Shown one piece after another: positions 9,322-18,239 of a stretch of DNA of 64,000 bases (position 1 is the first letter of the stretch; each line of letters starts with the position of its first letter). The position numbers and the translations under genes were made by a program. Origin of the DNA: Candidatus Peregrinibacteria bacterium (GTDB lineage: Bacteria; Patescibacteriota; Gracilibacteria; UBA1369; LOWO2-01-FULL-3); contig JACQRJ010000036.1 of assembly GCA_016206505.1 (NCBI GenBank), forward strand, positions 365-64,364, written 5' to 3'. Below the pieces are notes generated by a model that had not been told where the DNA came from, did not search any database, and worked only from the letters and a program-made list of their open reading frames with translations.

Positions 9322-12300
9322 ATGAGTACAGAAAAAAAACAACTGGAAGATGCTCCAAAAGCCGCCGCTGAAGCACCAGACAGACAAGGGCAAAGAGAAG
9401 CGCAAGACACCGTTGATTTGGACAGCATAAGCGATGACCCCGGTAAACGCATGGCTGCCGTATGCCGATTAACCGGTGGACTGGAATCCAAGGAACTTCC
9501 TGGAGTGATTCTTGAAGTAGGCCTAAAAACAAAAAAGCCCAGCGAAGATTTTGCTACAATTACATCAATAGTGCACGCACTTTTTGGTCAAAAATTAACG
9601 CCAAAATGGTCACCAAAAGGCACAATTGTCTTCCAATTTTCATTTCCAAACAGCGACCAAGCGCAAACTGCAGTTTATAGGATAAATACAGCATTCAACG
9701 ATTGTGAAGAGGGAGCTACTCTGCGATTTGGAATGACTGACGAGCCAGCGGAAATTTCAACTCACGACGGACATGTCCTGCTTGCAGGACCTGGGAGTAA
9801 AGTCGCATCAATTAAACGCAAAAATGGAAGAGACCCAAGGATCAACAGCAAAATAGAAGGCAGGGATCAAATCGTTACGCCAAGCGAAATGAGAAGACTA
9901 TCCGTCCCATTCAGAAAGGACATAAGTCCCCGAGCCGCAGAACATGCAGAAACAATCACTCAATCGCCTACAGAAACAATCAGACAAGCTACAGAAGTAC
10001 TTATCTACCTGCCGAAAATCAGCGATCATGAAATAAGAGCCAGAATGACAGCATACGTCATTGAAGCATTGTCACGCCACAACGCCCGCATACTAGACAG
10101 CACAACAGACCCAATCAGAATTTTCATTGCTGAAGAACGCGCTGTAGGAAATCTTGGTCAACGATTGGCTCAAAGATTAAAAAATTACGAAAAATACCAA
10201 ATAGGGATTATAGCAAGACATGCAAACATAGAAACGGAAATTTTGGATGATGGAACTGTCATAATTCACACAGATACACCTGACCCTTTAGACATAGGAA
10301 GACCAAAAGCAGGTCTTTGGATGGACGAAGCAACCCTGGATCTCGCAGGAAATGCGCGCAATCGCTCACTGGCAACATTCACAACAGAACGCGAGAGCGA
10401 AAGAGGCTTTACAAAAGTCAAAGCAATTAAATCGGCAGAATATAGACTAATCACTGATGCAAGTCACTTAGTAGGCAGGGAAGCTGAATCTGGAGCAATC
10501 ACAGCACTGCTTCAATCAGTCAGAAACGAAAAACGACCACGATTTATTACAGTTCTGGGAGAACCCGGTATCGGCAAAACAGAACTGGTGGCTCAAGTAC
10601 TACAAAATGCGGAACGTACGGGCTTTCGTGTTGTTTCCTACAAAATACCGGAAGATGGCACATCACAACATAGAAGCACTGTAAGTAAACTCATCTCCGG
10701 CTTGCTACCGCTATTCAGCGCTCAAGGCGGCGACACGTACGAAATACTCAGGTCATTTGCTGAAGGCCGCACACCGAAAGGAAGCCCACTGGCCACGACA
10801 ATTGAAACTTACAAAAGCAATCCGGCAAGATTGGCAAAAATATTGGCAGAAGCACTGCAAGAAGCTGCAAAAGGAGGGCCAATTGCTCTTGCAATTGATG
10901 ATTTACAATGGACTGACGAATTCAGTAAAATAGCATTAAGCAAACTGGCAGGAGAATTAGCAAACGATCAAAATCCTCTTGCTTTAATTTTTCTCGGACG
11001 TATCGCAGAACAATCTACCACAAGAGAAATCACTGAAGCGGCAATAGAAAAAAATCACACAACGCAGGAAATCAGACTGGCGCCACTATTTAATGATGGA
11101 ACAGCAGAAGCTGAAAGAACACATTTGACTGAGGAATTAATCCGATCACATCTACCACGAAGAATGAGAAGTGCAGTCATACCTCAAACATTTGTACTTG
11201 AAATGATGGCATTTTCAAGAGGATTGCCAATCATCATAACTGAAACCTTGGCACTATTAAGCCAACGCAACCAGCTAAGCTCAAGAGCCGGAAGCCTGGT
11301 GGTACCAGCCACAGCAGCACTAGAGGAACTCTCAAGAAAAGAATCCAGCGCCACATTGGCCTCGATTCTCGAACGCCGACTGCAATTGTTACCACCGAAT
11401 GAAAAATTGGTTACAAATTTGATGGCAATAGTGGGAACAATTGATCTGGAAATTTTTTATCATTTACATGAGAAAATTTATGGAGATGAACATGACCTTG
11501 ATAAAACAATTGATGCACTGGTCGAAAAAGACATTGTTCGAAAATCACCACTGGCCTTTGCCAATGACAGCATGCTGGCAATTTGCAAATCACAAGGGGC
11601 AACAAGTGGCGCTCAATCTCAAATAGCCTACGACTCATATGGGGCTTTGCGAGTATTGCAAGCATCTCGACCAGCATTGGCACCCAAGATAACTCCAAAA
11701 CTGGTATATGAACTCCTTCAAAAAGCTGGCACAGGCGGACAGGAAATGCTCGATTCGGCAACCGGTGCAATAAGATATTGTCTGGATACAAGGCAGCACA
11801 GAGCCGCTATCCGAGCAACAGAAACCTTAATTACAACTTTGGAAATCCATACGGAAAGAACATTGCGCAAACAAGAAGCAGAAGCAGATGAGGATGAAAT
11901 GAAAAGACTATCAGAATTATTAGCAACAAGCTACCAGCAAGCAGCTGAAACCTATCTCCGGGTTGAGGACCATGCAAATGCCAAAGCTGCACTAGAAAAA
12001 CTTGATGAATTGCGGGACCAAATACCTGCACTCGCATCGTTATTTGATGGGAAAAACGGATTAGGTCTTTTTGTACTAAAACTGCGTGCAGCTCGCATCG
12101 CACCACGTAGCGAAGCTGATGGGGAAAAAACAGTGGCATTAACCGCATTGGAAACAGCAATCAATACACTCAGCCCTGGTGATTCAGAATCGGCAGAAGC
12201 AGAAAATCCCCAAATCACGCTAGCAAGAGGCGAAGTACTTGCCAGAAAAATGCAAATCTTAAGTGATAATCAGGATCGAGAGGGCATCGAAAAAATAGAT

Positions 12301-13332
12301 CATGATGGCTCTGTCAACGATCAAATCTTGAAACTTATGCGACTTGGAAGAGTGGGCAATGATCCTAAAACAAAAAACGCTGCCAAGGCGTTGGCTCAAG
12401 ATTTGGAATCAAAATTAGTCCAAATTCGCTTCCATCTCATCGATCGATTAGATATTGCAGGCCCTGTTGGAGAAGAAGCGTTATACCTTCAAGTACCAAC
12501 AGAAATACAACAAAGAATTTTACGGGAAAATAATAGGAGATTTAAAGAATTAATAGAGCTCTATGCCACAAAACCCGAACTGTTGAGAGATCCCGACACA
12601 TACGGATACCTACTTGAAGGCATGGCACGCATCAAAATTTTGCTCGCCAATACCGGCACAGACAGCGAAACCCATGCAGAAGCAGAAGCGGCAATCGAAA
12701 AAGCTCTTGAAGTGGCAACCAATTTCGATCTGCCCCACATTATCTGCCGCACGCGCACGACACGAGGCAACTGGCTCATCGCAAAATCACTATCTACCTA
12801 CAATCCAAACAGAGGTTTAAGAAATTCAAGGGTAAATAAAGACCAACTGGAAAATGCCATCAGAGAATTTAACCTTGGAATCGCTGAAATGGCACGTGGT
12901 CAACAATTGGATAACGACAACGCCAAAGAAGCAATGGCATACAAAGCCATGGCAACAGCAATCTTGATTATCAGTCACCCGCCTCAGACCCCAGCAGAAA
13001 AAGATCTCCGAACTCAACAATTGCTAGAAGCATGGGAAAGGCACCGCATTGTTTTGGAATATCTATATAATTTAAGAATGCAAAATTCTGCATTTGCAAA
13101 ATACTATTACAATGAACTCTCAAACACTGGGCTCTTGATTCAAGCGGGACAAATCCTTGGAATTGCGGCCACTCTAAATCTTCCGACAAACATCCGAAAT
13201 CTATCAGATGACTTTACAGCTGCATTAAGAGGCTCGACGAGGGACATTACCAGCATGAGAGATTTGTCACCCGGCAGCCAACGCCTTCTGCACCTAAGAA
13301 AAGAAGGCATAGCAAATTGCTCTACTGGATAA
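9322..13332 (+). CDS. Giant STAND/AAA_16-type NTPase (paralogue A): two degenerate cyclase-like alpha/beta modules, P-loop NTPase, long helical-repeat (TPR-like) tail
   Basis: LVGREAESGAITALLQSV...ITVLGEPGIGKTELV (Walker A, nt ~10558-10581). IALAIDDLQWTDEFS (Walker B, nt ~10891-10911). SRGLPIIITETLALL. About 650 aa of alpha-helical repeat sequence follow. The track ORF starts at TTG 9265; I prefer ATG 9322 (MSTEKKQ). Confidence 0.85.
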   Translation: MSTEKKQLEDAPKAAAEAPDRQGQREAQDTVDLDSISDDPGKRMAAVCRLTGGLESKELPGVILEVGLKTKKPSEDFATITSIVHALFGQKLTPKWSPKGTIVFQFSFPNSDQAQTAVYRINTAFNDCEEGATLRFGMTDEPAEISTHDGHVLLAGPGSKVASIKRKNGRDPRINSKIEGRDQIVTPSEMRRLSVPFRKDISPRAAEHAETITQSPTETIRQATEVLIYLPKISDHEIRARMTAYVIEALSRHNARILDSTTDPIRIFIAEERAVGNLGQRLAQRLKNYEKYQIGIIARHANIETEILDDGTVIIHTDTPDPLDIGRPKAGLWMDEATLDLAGNARNRSLATFTTERESERGFTKVKAIKSAEYRLITDASHLVGREAESGAITALLQSVRNEKRPRFITVLGEPGIGKTELVAQVLQNAERTGFRVVSYKIPEDGTSQHRSTVSKLISGLLPLFSAQGGDTYEILRSFAEGRTPKGSPLATTIETYKSNPARLAKILAEALQEAAKGGPIALAIDDLQWTDEFSKIALSKLAGELANDQNPLALIFLGRIAEQSTTREITEAAIEKNHTTQEIRLAPLFNDGTAEAERTHLTEELIRSHLPRRMRSAVIPQTFVLEMMAFSRGLPIIITETLALLSQRNQLSSRAGSLVVPATAALEELSRKESSATLASILERRLQLLPPNEKLVTNLMAIVGTIDLEIFYHLHEKIYGDEHDLDKTIDALVEKDIVRKSPLAFANDSMLAICKSQGATSGAQSQIAYDSYGALRVLQASRPALAPKITPKLVYELLQKAGTGGQEMLDSATGAIRYCLDTRQHRAAIRATETLITTLEIHTERTLRKQEAEADEDEMKRLSELLATSYQQAAETYLRVEDHANAKAALEKLDELRDQIPALASLFDGKNGLGLFVLKLRAARIAPRSEADGEKTVALTALETAINTLSPGDSESAEAENPQITLARGEVLARKMQILSDNQDREGIEKIDHDGSVNDQILKLMRLGRVGNDPKTKNAAKALAQDLESKLVQIRFHLIDRLDIAGPVGEEALYLQVPTEIQQRILRENNRRFKELIELYATKPELLRDPDTYGYLLEGMARIKILLANTGTDSETHAEAEAAIEKALEVATNFDLPHIICRTRTTRGNWLIAKSLSTYNPNRGLRNSRVNKDQLENAIREFNLGIAEMARGQQLDNDNAKEAMAYKAMATAILIISHPPQTPAEKDLRTQQLLEAWERHRIVLEYLYNLRMQNSAFAKYYYNELSNTGLLIQAGQILGIAATLNLPTNIRNLSDDFTAALRGSTRDITSMRDLSPGSQRLLHLRKEGIANCSTG

Positions 13333-13585
13333 TATTCGGTGTCGGGGAAGGGAATAACTGCTGCTCCAAATTAGGAGTAGGAGATGGAAATATTTGCTGC
13401 TCCAAAAATCTATTGTTATAAAGATTTTTTGGAACCTTTGGATTTCTTAAGATGGATGACTCAAAATCCACGGGAACCAAAATTCTATAGAGAAAAATCA
13501 AAGAAACAATCACCGCTCCGGTAAGAAGTCCAAGCCAAAATACAACCATTGGATGCACCTGTGCCATTGAAACTGTTTTGCTCAT
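13322..13585 (-). CDS. Small single-pass membrane protein with a C-terminal tandem 12-aa repeat (EQQ[IL]FPSPTPN[LI] x2)
   Basis: TM helix VVFWLGLLTGAVIVSLIFLY. The two 36-bp repeat copies (13331-13366 and 13367-13402) differ almost only at synonymous third positions (ttc cct tcc ccg aca ccg vs ttt cca tct cct act cct). That argues this frame is translated. The start is ATG 13585 or 13567 (track: 13633). The 3' end overlaps the paralogue A stop by 11 nt. Confidence 0.6.
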   Translation of the reverse strand: MSKTVSMAQVHPMVVFWLGLLTGAVIVSLIFLYRILVPVDFESSILRNPKVPKNLYNNRFLEQQIFPSPTPNLEQQLFPSPTPNIIQ

Positions 13586-13668
13586 TTTTATTTTTGTTAG
13601 TTTTCCATCTAAACTGATTAAATTATACAACAATCACTCATCACAGTCAACAAAAGCTTGCCAGCATT

Positions 13669-13696
13669 TTGACAAAAGTCAAAAATATATTAAGAT
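13669..13696 (+). promoter_or_regulatory. Promoter TTGACA-16-TAAGAT for paralogue B, with the palindrome TTGACaaaaGTCAA over the -35
   Basis: TTGACA at 13669-13674, GTCAA at 13678-13682 and TAAGAT at 13691-13696, about 35 nt upstream of ATG 13730. Confidence 0.4.
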
Positions 13697-13729
13697 CAAG
13701 ACTCGTAGAAGACTCTGTAATCACGAAAA

Positions 13730-16700
13730 ATGGCAACAACCGGAAATCCAGACGCTACTGATCCTGACATAGAAGATCCTCTAGCGGCACCAACAAGGCC
13801 ACTACCGCTCATCAAGCCCACACAAGCCTTACCACTCAACGAACCCACACAACTTTTAGTCAAAAAGCCTAAAAATCCAGACGAAAATCCGAAAGGAACT
13901 GCAGATACAAAATTTCAGAAGGAATACCTTGCATCAAGCCCCGAAGCAATTCGGGAACCCGCCGGTCAAAAAGCCGCTTCACAAGCGGGCATCGAAAGAG
14001 ACGGCGAGCTAAAAGAAATGCCCGGAGCAATCCTGGACATTGAATTACGCCTCTCCTCTCATTTCAAAACAGATCAGTACCCAAAAAAAGCATTTGCCAT
14101 AGTTAAAAGTGCAATTGCACATTTTCAGGGAGCGTTACTTCATTTTATCCCGACGCCAAAGGGCTATTTGAGATGCCAATGCATCTTCCCAAACAGAGCC
14201 CAAGCGCACAACGCAGCAGTTTACATTCACCAGAACACTGATAACGACCCTGATCATCATGCACCCATAAAAAAAGCCAAATTCGGTCTTGCTCAAGATC
14301 AAAGCCACTTAGCAACCTGCAACGGTCATCTGCTTGTATTCGGAAACGCCGCCAGAATGGCCATGAAACTTCAACATGCAAATCCGGAAACGGCCGAAGT
14401 TCCGGTAGTGGCAACCTACGAACATTCGGCAGATACAGAAAAAGAAACAATCCTGGGTAATTCACTTAGGGAAGAAAAAATAGAGGAAAAGAAACCATTA
14501 CATTCCCGCGAAACAGAAAGGTCCAGAAATCACGCCCACGAAGCCGTACGCCTGCCAAATCCTGATTTACCGCAAGTAGCTTCCCGCGTTGAAATCCGCT
14601 TTCCAAGAAACCTTGCACAAAATCCGGCGGAAACATTAAAAATCGCCACCGGATTTATCGATGCCATCGCGCCTCACCCCATGTCAAAAGGCTCAAAGTA
14701 CAGCCCGACTCACGCAATTCTCACCGGCCAAATTCTGACTATCTATCTCCCTGAAGAACGCGCTCCGGGCAATTTAGGTGAAAGACTCGAAAGCATGGAA
14801 CAGGAAATCCGGAAAAACGGCTTGATCATAATTCTTTCCCACAGCCGATATTCAGCCGTTGCACTCGATGAAGATAATCATACATTTCAGGGAGCACTGC
14901 CGCCATCCGCAACTCTGGGGGAAGATCTTGATCTGGATACAGAAAAAGGAAGTGCCGGTATTTACCTTGATGATCATTTTAAAGAAGCGGCCAGCCACGA
15001 ACGCAATGCCTCGATAGCAGTTTTTGTTACTGAGACTAAAGCAAGTCTACAAGTGCCTAAAGCTGTACGCTTAACAGCTACCCAAAGAAAAAAAACAGGA
15101 CGGGACAGCGAACTTCACCACGAAAATCTCTACAAAGTCCAAAGAATAGAAATTGCCAAAGAAGCCGTAGTCAAAGGTAGATTTACAGTGGGACGTGAAA
15201 AAGAAATAGCAGACCTTAATGCGACATTGGAAGCGGTACGAGACGGAAAAACCGCAAAATTCACCATTATCAATGGTGAAGCCGGCATCGGCAAAACCAG
15301 ACATGCGGTAGACGCAATCCGTCTGGCCGAAGAAAAAGGCTACTGTTCAGTTTATTACAAAACGCCGGAAAACGGCAAGACGTCTTCACTTACCGGCGTG
15401 AGAAGAATGACCAAAAGTCTCCTGGCAAAACTTGGCGGCGACGCCGGAGAAACTTTCCGCGATTTACAATTTTTCAGCCTCGGAATAGTGCCTCCCGGTG
15501 AAATAGACGCCTACGGAAAAAGAGTCGAAGCTCTCAATCAAAATCAGGTTCTGGCCGCCGAAAGACTCACCGCACTGATTGTTCAGTGCGCACAGACCCG
15601 GCCGCTTCAGCTGATTCTGGACGACCTTCAATGGTTCGACGAATTATCAATCGCGATTTTAACAAGGGTAATACAGGAAATCCCTCAGGAAACTCCTTTG
15701 CACCTTGCACTTTTGGGCAGAAGCGGCGAAGAACCGATTCCGCAGGATCTTACCGATGCCATGTCCGCAAGAGCTGGACACTATCACGAAACTTCACTCA
15801 GAAGAATCGGCAACGCGGCGCAAATCAGAGCAGAATTACTCGAGGAAGAGCCTGAAATGCATGACCCCCAACTCCAAGATCGCATTGATCAAAAACGCTT
15901 CAAATTAACCAAAGATTACATTTACTCCAATCTTCCTGAAAATTGCGCGGATGCAGAAATCGCCGACGGCTTTGTGTGGAAAATCCTGGAAATATCCGAA
16001 GGATTGCCGATAGTAATCTCCGAAACGGTCGCACTGCTTTTGGAAGAAGGCAAAATAGAATTGAGAGGTTCAAGCATCTCTACGCCCAGTAACGCAGAAT
16101 TGGATACGATGAAGAAAGACAGCACAAGCGAAACATTGAGCACAATTATCCAGGCAAAATTTGATCGCTTAAGCGAAGATGAAAAAACGATTATTGATTA
16201 CCTTGTCGTACTGAGAGAAACTGATTTAAGGCTTTTTGCCGGACTGCTCAAGTATTTGAGACTTTCAGAAGAAAGAATCCGGCAATCCCTCAGCGCTTTA
16301 AGTCAAAAAGGACTGATTAGAACCAATCCGGTTGGTTTCACACACGATCTGATTCAAAAACAAAGAAGAGATCAGCTAAAGGATATTGGATCTCTTTCAC
16401 GCAAAGCAGCAGCCTGTTACTTGCCACTGGCCGCAAATCGCAGCCGCTTTGCAAATCTCATTTCTCCAAGCCAACTTTTTGAACTTCTGGAAATTGCTCT
16501 GGAAAATCCCGAAGAACATAGAATAAAAGTACGCACAAAATTACTGGAAGCACAAGTACCGCTTGGACTGGAAGCAGCCGATCACAGCCTCCAGGTTCAA
16601 AATCAATACAGAGCGCTACAAATCGTGGAAACACTTGAGTCACAACTGACCAGCGAATTTGCTCCCTATCTCTATCCGCCAAAATCAGAAGAACCCGATG

Positions 16701-18229
16701 CGGAAGCAAAAAAAACAGCCCTGGCACTAAATCTCAGTGAAATTCACCTACGAGCTGCGGAAGCCCACATCCGTCTCGGCCACAAAACCGAACCGGAAAG
16801 TGCTCTCACAAAATACGCCCGGCTATCTGCAAAAGCACCCGAGGCAAAAGTCCAGGAAGGCGAAAGAGGCTTTCGTTACAAAGTTCTGCGTCTAAAAGCC
16901 GCTTTTGCACAAAGATCCCGGGAAAAACTCGGAGAAGCGCTTACAGAATTGGAAGGCGCGCCCGAACTTGTCGCTTTAAGAACTGCCCTTAAAGAAGCTA
17001 CCGTTGTTCAAGACACAGGATTACAACCCCATGTCATGATCGCCTATGGAGAACTCATTATCGCAAAATTAAGACTTGCGGGAGCCAGACAAAGTCAGGA
17101 AGCACAGGAAGCATTGGATGCGGTTCTTCCGGAAGCGGAAAATATCATCGCAATGCTAAAAACGGATACAACATCTGCCGAAATTAAAGCTCTGCGAATT
17201 GACATCGAAAGAACAATCGCTATCAACGAAGCTCATATTTTCCGCAAACAAATTCGTGGCAACGTCGAAGATGCCTTATACATGGAAGAATTCACTACTG
17301 AGCAGCAAGCAAAAGCGGCAGAACTGGAACAAACACTGATCGGAATTTTGCAAACCTATCTTACAGACACACAATTGGTCAGAGATCCCCAAACTCTGGG
17401 CTTTCTGTACGAAAGAATAGTTGAAATGCAAATTATTCAAGACCATCGCGACGAAGCCAGAAAAACAACAGAAAGAGGTCTTCGTTTAAGCCACAACTGG
17501 GGCATTCCGGAAGCAGTCAGCGCTTTAAACATGCTTGCTGGCGATGAAAAGACAACACAGCAAATTGCCAAAATCGACCTTACACATATGGAAACCATCG
17601 ATTCTGCAAAACATTTTGACGAAGCACTGCTCATAGAAGCTCTGGAAAACTATACCCAGGGAATTTTGGCAATGGAAAGAATGGGAGCCACAAATGCCGT
17701 GCACATCCAAACCAATGTCGTAAACAGAACAACTTGCATGGCACTATATGCATTTTCAAAGCTTGCAAAAAATCCGGAATTTGACACCAGCAAAAGCAAT
17801 ACAGCAATGATAATGCGCATGCCAACAATCGAAACCGTACAAGAAATGGAAGCGTTAAAGGCACAAATCCGGGAAACCTGGAATGTGATGATTAGAGTTC
17901 TGTTACAATTAAGAGACAACTACAACCCTGCAAAACCTGCAAACGAGCCGCAAAACCAAGCATACTTGCAGGAGTTAAGCGGATTGGGACTGCTTTATAA
18001 AGCCGCGCGAAGAATAGGAATAAGCGACATTGCCATCCCGGATTTCATCGACACTTCAGAAATTTTATCCGAACGTCAATACTTACAACAAATTGACGAA
18101 AAACCACAAAAACCGCTATCACAAGCCGACAAAAAGTATCTCAAATTAAGAAAAGAAGGCATAGTAGCTCTTATACCTGGCGGCGAAGATACAACAATTT
18201 CTCTGGCAGACCTTGATGAATTGCTGTAA
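13730..18229 (+). CDS. Giant STAND/AAA_16-type NTPase (paralogue B), same architecture as paralogue A
   Basis: TVGREKEIADLNATLEAV...FTIINGEAGIGKTRHA (nt ~15275-15298). LQLILDDLQWFDELS. SEGLPIVISETVALL. Long helical tail. It is collinear with paralogue A from the N-terminal modules to the C-terminal LRKEGI motif. Confidence 0.85.
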   Translation: MATTGNPDATDPDIEDPLAAPTRPLPLIKPTQALPLNEPTQLLVKKPKNPDENPKGTADTKFQKEYLASSPEAIREPAGQKAASQAGIERDGELKEMPGAILDIELRLSSHFKTDQYPKKAFAIVKSAIAHFQGALLHFIPTPKGYLRCQCIFPNRAQAHNAAVYIHQNTDNDPDHHAPIKKAKFGLAQDQSHLATCNGHLLVFGNAARMAMKLQHANPETAEVPVVATYEHSADTEKETILGNSLREEKIEEKKPLHSRETERSRNHAHEAVRLPNPDLPQVASRVEIRFPRNLAQNPAETLKIATGFIDAIAPHPMSKGSKYSPTHAILTGQILTIYLPEERAPGNLGERLESMEQEIRKNGLIIILSHSRYSAVALDEDNHTFQGALPPSATLGEDLDLDTEKGSAGIYLDDHFKEAASHERNASIAVFVTETKASLQVPKAVRLTATQRKKTGRDSELHHENLYKVQRIEIAKEAVVKGRFTVGREKEIADLNATLEAVRDGKTAKFTIINGEAGIGKTRHAVDAIRLAEEKGYCSVYYKTPENGKTSSLTGVRRMTKSLLAKLGGDAGETFRDLQFFSLGIVPPGEIDAYGKRVEALNQNQVLAAERLTALIVQCAQTRPLQLILDDLQWFDELSIAILTRVIQEIPQETPLHLALLGRSGEEPIPQDLTDAMSARAGHYHETSLRRIGNAAQIRAELLEEEPEMHDPQLQDRIDQKRFKLTKDYIYSNLPENCADAEIADGFVWKILEISEGLPIVISETVALLLEEGKIELRGSSISTPSNAELDTMKKDSTSETLSTIIQAKFDRLSEDEKTIIDYLVVLRETDLRLFAGLLKYLRLSEERIRQSLSALSQKGLIRTNPVGFTHDLIQKQRRDQLKDIGSLSRKAAACYLPLAANRSRFANLISPSQLFELLEIALENPEEHRIKVRTKLLEAQVPLGLEAADHSLQVQNQYRALQIVETLESQLTSEFAPYLYPPKSEEPDAEAKKTALALNLSEIHLRAAEAHIRLGHKTEPESALTKYARLSAKAPEAKVQEGERGFRYKVLRLKAAFAQRSREKLGEALTELEGAPELVALRTALKEATVVQDTGLQPHVMIAYGELIIAKLRLAGARQSQEAQEALDAVLPEAENIIAMLKTDTTSAEIKALRIDIERTIAINEAHIFRKQIRGNVEDALYMEEFTTEQQAKAAELEQTLIGILQTYLTDTQLVRDPQTLGFLYERIVEMQIIQDHRDEARKTTERGLRLSHNWGIPEAVSALNMLAGDEKTTQQIAKIDLTHMETIDSAKHFDEALLIEALENYTQGILAMERMGATNAVHIQTNVVNRTTCMALYAFSKLAKNPEFDTSKSNTAMIMRMPTIETVQEMEALKAQIRETWNVMIRVLLQLRDNYNPAKPANEPQNQAYLQELSGLGLLYKAARRIGISDIAIPDFIDTSEILSERQYLQQIDEKPQKPLSQADKKYLKLRKEGIVALIPGGEDTTISLADLDELL

Positions 18230-18239
18230 TTTGCGGCTC

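Noticed and set aside
9322-18229. The STAND paralogues as LuxR/MalT-type transcription regulators or active adenylate cyclases.
   Set aside because: I saw no C-terminal LuxR-type HTH; both tails end in helical repeats and the LRKEGI motif. The cyclase-like modules lack the catalytic Asp pair. Neither standard annotation is supported, though profile searches are needed.
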